A DNA stretch of 64,000 nucleotides from Escherichia coli (GTDB lineage Bacteria > Pseudomonadota > Gammaproteobacteria > Enterobacterales > Enterobacteriaceae): assembly GCF_016903815.1 (NCBI RefSeq), contig NZ_CP069973.1; one strand, written 5' to 3'. Positions 60,118 through 64,000 of this stretch are shown here, in pieces. The notes beneath the pieces are model-generated. The model saw only the letters and a program-made list of their open reading frames with translations, was not told the DNA's origin and did not search any database. The position numbers were made by a program, and so were the translations under genes. The first letter of the stretch is position 1. Each line of letters starts with the position of its first letter.

Positions 60118-60146
60118 AAAAAACCACCGCCAGGTGGTTTTTTTTA
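60118..60146 (+). terminator. tR'-like rho-independent terminator downstream of Q
   Basis: gaaaaaaaccaccgccaggtggttttttttat. Confidence 0.75.
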
Positions 60147-60268
60147 TGTCCGAAAATCGCGTCAGTACAGTAAACGCGCTGGTGGTTGCGAATACGGGTC
60201 TTTCAGCTTGCCGGCTTTTTCGACAAGAGTTATTGGTATGTCACGTTAACCGGAAAAGGGAAAAAGAC

Positions 60269-60466
60269 ATGCTAAAACAGCAGGATATGACAGAAGCCGC
60301 CAGAGTGGTGTTTAATGAATTAAGCGTTACCGACCCGGCGACAGTCAGGGAGATTGCACAGAATACTTACCTTTCACGCGAACGCTGCCAGTTAATACTG
60401 ACCCAGCTTGTTATGGCGGGTCTGGCAGACTATCAGTTTGGTTGTTACAGACACCTTCAGTCCTGA
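60269..60466 (+). CDS. Hypothetical small protein
   Basis: 65 aa from ATG 60269 (MLKQQDMTEAARVV...) with RBS aaggg; stop lies inside a terminator hairpin. Confidence 0.35.
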   Translation: MLKQQDMTEAARVVFNELSVTDPATVREIAQNTYLSRERCQLILTQLVMAGLADYQFGCYRHLQS

Positions 60467-60478
60467 AGGCTTTTTTAT
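60454..60478 (+). terminator. Rho-independent terminator
   Basis: ccttcagtcctgaaggcttttttattt. Confidence 0.6.
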
Positions 60479-60835
60479 TTGTGGTAAATGGGCGGCTGGT
60501 GGGTGTGGTGGTTGTTGCTTTCCCGTTGCTGAAAAAGAAAACGCCAGACTGTTAGCCGGGTATCAGTTAGCGGGAGAAATTTTTAAATACTTCACAATTC
60601 AGGCGGTTGACTGTTGTCTGGTTTGCGGGGAGTTTGTTAAAAGAAACTGGCATGGTGAATCCCCCTGTGCGGAGGGGCAATCAGCGAGTAGGTATATGGG
60701 ATAATCGCGGATTCAGGTGCTGGTACTGAATTCACCGGGAGGCACCCGGCACCATGCAATGGCACATAGCGCCACTCTCCAGCCCCTCTCCGGAGGGGCT
60801 GTTTATATTGATTTTGTCAGATGTGAGTAAACTCC

Positions 60836-61171
60836 TTATGGACTTTGTTGTTTTAGCCCATAAGGACATATTTGCAGAGTGCAACGATTATTAAAGCATT
60901 CATTCAATACGTTATCTGTATTTGTAGGGCATTCCTGGCTGTTTTTGATTAAATTCCAGAATGTTTTATTGAATGGTACTACGTTGTAAATGGTTACAGG
61001 TAGCACTTTGTTATTGAGCATGATACCTGTGTGAGTCAGTGTAAATATACTTTCAGGAGGTAAGAAAGCATCCGATTGATACCAGATTATTAATTTTATT
61101 TTACTCCATATGACTGAAAAAGATATTCCGCATGATGGCTGGATAACTGTATCAATCACAATCCACTTCAT
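60836..61171 (-). CDS. Hypothetical protein in AT-rich island (antisense to the late operon)
   Basis: 111-aa ORF open despite AT-rich (stop-codon-prone) sequence; four Cys in the C-terminal third; AT-rich upstream region. Confidence 0.4.
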   Translation of the reverse strand: MKWIVIDTVIQPSCGISFSVIWSKIKLIIWYQSDAFLPPESIFTLTHTGIMLNNKVLPVTIYNVVPFNKTFWNLIKNSQECPTNTDNVLNECFNNRCTLQICPYGLKQQSP

Positions 61172-61416
61172 TTAGTTTCCTTGTTTATGCCTTGCTGGTG
61201 ATGTTCTGAAAAGTATAAATGATATTTTTGATTGTAAACCATAGAGCAGAATTATTTTTCTGATGTTGTTTATTGTTTATTTAAATGCAGGGTGGTTTAT
61301 ATCTCGTCTTGTAGTTTATCCATGCATATCTGCTTGATGATGAGGTTTTTATTTAAGGTATGGTTTTGTGTTTTTTCTGTATTACATGTCAGGTATTTTA
61401 AAGAATCATTTTTCAG

Positions 61417-61620
61417 ATGGTGGAAAGAACCATGGCATTTAAACACTATGATGTTGTCAGGGCGGCGTCGCCGTCAGATCTTGCGGAAAAGCTGACACAT
61501 AAACTGAAAGAGGGCTGGCAGCCGTTTGGTAGTCCGGTGGCCATAACCCCTTATACCCTGATGCAGGCGATTGCAGCAGAAGGTGATGTGGTGGTCAGTG
61601 GTGCAACTGAGCCGGAGTGA
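61417..61620 (+). CDS. Hypothetical small protein
   Basis: 67-aa ORF; stop overlaps the next small ORF start (GTGA). Confidence 0.4.
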   Translation: MVERTMAFKHYDVVRAASPSDLAEKLTHKLKEGWQPFGSPVAITPYTLMQAIAAEGDVVVSGATEPE

Positions 61621-61778
61621 TACTACGTCATCGTACTGGCCCGGCATTCCAGGCCATAAAAGACGGTCTGGCAGTGGGACTAAATGCACTGACGCTGACG
61701 GATATTACCAAAAATGCAACGTATGGCGTTGAGATAGAAAGTCTGGTGCTGGAGATAAATGCACCGGCATCATCATAA
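61617..61778 (+). CDS. Hypothetical small protein (translationally coupled)
   Basis: Hand-translated 53-codon frame from GTG 61617; below the ORF-track cutoff. Confidence 0.25.
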   Translation: MILRHRTGPAFQAIKDGLAVGLNALTLTDITKNATYGVEIESLVLEINAPASS

Positions 61779-61927
61779 AAAGTGAGCCAGTCAAATGGAA
61801 GGTATCGTTAAACTCACCGGTAGTGTCAGTGGGTCGTCTGAGACGCCTGCATGAGTTATCAGAGCCATCAGTACTTAACTGGTGGCTTTTTTATTGTTGT
61901 CAGCTTCCGGATAACGGGAGACGGGGT

Positions 61928-62143
61928 ATGTACCAGATGGAAAAAATCACAACAGGTGTGTCATACACCACGTCAGCGGTGGGAACGGGCTACTGGTTCC
62001 TGCAGTTGCTGGACAGGGTTTCCCCGTCTCAGTGGGCGGCAATAGGCGTGCTGGGGAGTCTGCTGTTTGGGCTGCTGACATATCTGACTAACCTGTATTT
62101 CAAAATCAAAGAGGACCGGCGTAAGGCGGCGCGGGGAGAGTAA
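61928..62143 (+). CDS. S: Class II pinholin, phage 21 S-type
   Basis: [51 protein letters not shown] closely matches recalled S21; dual start motif M-Y-Q-M at 61928/61937. Confidence 0.88.
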   Translation: MYQMEKITTGVSYTTSAVGTGYWFLQLLDRVSPSQWAAIGVLGSLLFGLLTYLTNLYFKIKEDRRKAARGE

Positions 62144-62147
62144 AGTG

Positions 62148-63038
62148 ATGAATAAAAAATATGAACTGGTTGTTAAGGGGATAAATAATTACGGGGATAA
62201 GGTTACTGTTACTGTGAAGTCGGAAGGTGACGGGCAAGCGTCGCTGTTGTTGCCAGATGTGGCGATTAGTCTTGACCGTACTGAAGGTGCCACGCTGGAG
62301 TTTTACGAAGCTGAGGCGAAAAAGCAGGCGAAGCAGTTTTTCATGGATGTTGCTGCCGGGTTATGTGAATGGAACGAACCGTTGCCGGAAAAGCGCCCCG
62401 TAATTTTAGAGGCGCAGGATGTGTTGATAACCTACAAAGGAAAGCTACCGGGAAGAATTACTTGTTCTCTGAAGATGCCGCCGTCAACACTGCGGTCAGA
62501 AAAAGATGATGTTGAATCACGTATTGAAAAACTGGAGAGCTACGTCGTTGAGCTGAATAAGAAATGGTCGATATTGGTGCCTTCTGGCGATGAAAAGCAG
62601 TTTGCTGCGTTTGACGATTATTGTCGGAAAGTGATGAGCAGAAATCTCGCAGAGTGTTTCAGTATTCATAATGATAATTTCAGTGACCCGGAATGGGAGT
62701 GTAACCGGCCATCCTTTGTTGTATCCGGTGATGCTGGGAAAATAACCATCTCAGAAAATGGGAAAGTAACACCTCCATCGCACCAGCACAGTGAGGAGCT
62801 CATTGAATTTGCCATTGATTACCTGAAGAACAATAAAAAGCAGGGGCTGATGAAGCGCGTTGGCCGTTGCATGGGATATCTTCAGGTAGCCGCTGAGATT
62901 GAAGCGCTGGCCAGTGGTGCTGATAAGGATGCAATTGTGCGGGAGGCTCTTCTTCGTGATTTTAATACTCCACCCTTTAAAAAAGTGCCGGCTTACTGGC
63001 TTCATCCGGGGCTGACTTATCTTAAAGTGCGTATTTAG
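62148..63038 (+). CDS. Hypothetical 296-aa protein inserted between holin and endolysin
   Basis: ATG 62148 five nt after the holin stop with RBS ggggagag; no recognised catalytic motif. Confidence 0.6.
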   Translation: MNKKYELVVKGINNYGDKVTVTVKSEGDGQASLLLPDVAISLDRTEGATLEFYEAEAKKQAKQFFMDVAAGLCEWNEPLPEKRPVILEAQDVLITYKGKLPGRITCSLKMPPSTLRSEKDDVESRIEKLESYVVELNKKWSILVPSGDEKQFAAFDDYCRKVMSRNLAECFSIHNDNFSDPEWECNRPSFVVSGDAGKITISENGKVTPPSHQHSEELIEFAIDYLKNNKKQGLMKRVGRCMGYLQVAAEIEALASGADKDAIVREALLRDFNTPPFKKVPAYWLHPGLTYLKVRI

Positions 63039-63074
63039 TGGGCCAGGGACAGCGGCTGAATATTTAATATATCC

Positions 63075-63608
63075 ATGAACACCAAAATCAAATACGGCCT
63101 GTCGGCTGCCGTTCTGGCGCTGATTGCCGCTGGTGCGCCTGCGCCTGACATTCTCGACCAGTTTCTGGATGAAAAGGAAGGCAACCACACCACGGCATAC
63201 CGTGATGGTGCAGGTATCTGGACCATCTGCCGTGGTGCCATCATGGTGGATGGCAAACCTGTCGTTCCGGGCATGAAGTTGTCGAAGGAAAAATGCGACC
63301 AGGTTAACGCCATTGAGCGTGATAAAGCGCTGGCGTGGGTGGAGAAAAACATCAGAGTGCCGCTGACCGAACCCCAGAAAGCGGGGATCGCGTCATTCTG
63401 TCCGTACAACATTGGTCCCGGTAAGTGTTTCCCGTCGACGTTTTACAGACGAATTAATGCTGGTGATCGAAAAGGTGCCTGCGAAGCGATTCGCTGGTGG
63501 ATTAAGGACGGTGGCAGAGACTGCCGTATTCGTTCAAACAACTGTTACGGTCAGGTATCCCGTCGTGACCAGGAGAGCGCGCTGGCGTGCTGGGGTATCG
63601 ACAGATAA
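63075..63608 (+). CDS. R: SAR endolysin (T4-type lysozyme, GH24)
   Basis: Gly/Ala-rich N-terminal SAR segment; catalytic E-x8-D-x5-T (EGNHTTAYRDGAGIWT). Confidence 0.88.
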   Translation: MNTKIKYGLSAAVLALIAAGAPAPDILDQFLDEKEGNHTTAYRDGAGIWTICRGAIMVDGKPVVPGMKLSKEKCDQVNAIERDKALAWVEKNIRVPLTEPQKAGIASFCPYNIGPGKCFPSTFYRRINAGDRKGACEAIRWWIKDGGRDCRIRSNNCYGQVSRRDQESALACWGIDR

Positions 63609-63765
63609 GCAGAATATTTTGCTGAAAAATGAGGAATGGCCACGCGGGCGGATAACACGAAATCCTGCGAACTGGCGAAACGTAAGTGAATAAAAGTAAA
63701 AACCCCGTTTGTTGGCACCAAGCGAGGTTTTGTGTTTCTGACCTTGAGTAAGGCAAGGGAGAACA

Positions 63766-63947
63766 TGGCGAAGTGTAAACGAATTCTGTTGAGGTTGACT
63801 ATGAAAAATGGCCTTGAACTGAAAGCGCCTGTAACTGATGACATCAGCAGAGCACTGGCTTTTGCCATTAAGTGGGTGGCGGTCGGTGTTGCTGTGTCCC
63901 CGATGCTGTATGGGCTGGCAAAACTGGTCATTGCGTTGAAATCGTGA
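63766..63947 (+). CDS. Putative small membrane protein downstream of endolysin
   Basis: 59 aa from ATG 63766; C-terminal hydrophobic segment; does not look like Rz/Rz1. Confidence 0.3.
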
Positions 63948-64000
63948 AGGGAGGATTAAGCATGTCAGACAAACTCATAACGCTGGCGAAGATCCTCTGT

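Noticed and set aside
60408-60704. 98-aa ORF
   Set aside because: Begins upstream within the 65-aa ORF, spans the terminator at 60454-60478 and has no RBS; possibly a shorter Cys-rich micro-ORF, but not called
60480-61800. Shiga toxin or other known virulence moron between Q and S
   Set aside because: No ORF in this interval resembles StxA/StxB or any toxin family I recognise

Overview
Enterobacterial (Escherichia coli-like) chromosome segment in two parts. Positions 1-42908 are conserved core genome: the 5' part of rne (minus strand), rluC, yceF, yceD, rpmF, plsX-fabH-fabD-fabG-acpP-fabF, pabC, mltG, tmk, holB, ycfH, ptsG, fhuE, hinT-ycfL-lpoB-thiK-nagZ-ycfP, ndh, ycfJ, comR, bhsA, ldtC, mfd, ycfT, lolCDE, nagK, cobB, ycfZ, ymfA, potD, potC. 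Two identical 713-bp IS200-type elements in direct orientation interrupt it, each inserted right after a rho-independent terminator (fabF/pabC and bhsA/ldtC). From 42909 to the window end lies the left ~21 kb of a Qin/Rac-like lambdoid prophage inserted where potB should sit upstream of potC: int, xis, DEDDh exonuclease, YdfD-like, DicB-like, Rha, a DicF-like sRNA, DicA-type repressor, DicC/YdaS-type Cro, YdaT, O-like and P-like replication proteins, a nin-type region (HNH endonuclease, hok-type toxin, DUF968, RusA), a Q-like antiterminator with a tR'-like terminator, then an S21-type pinholin and SAR endolysin. The stretches I cannot explain from known families, and the best candidates for an undescribed function, are: a 297-aa gene wedged between holin and endolysin; an AT-rich island carrying an antisense 111-aa gene between Q and the lysis genes; a 128-aa AT-rich gene in the early-left operon; and an ~830-bp ORF-free RNA-rich segment around the DicF-like sRNA. 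All calls rest on reading the translations and recalled family knowledge; no database search was run.
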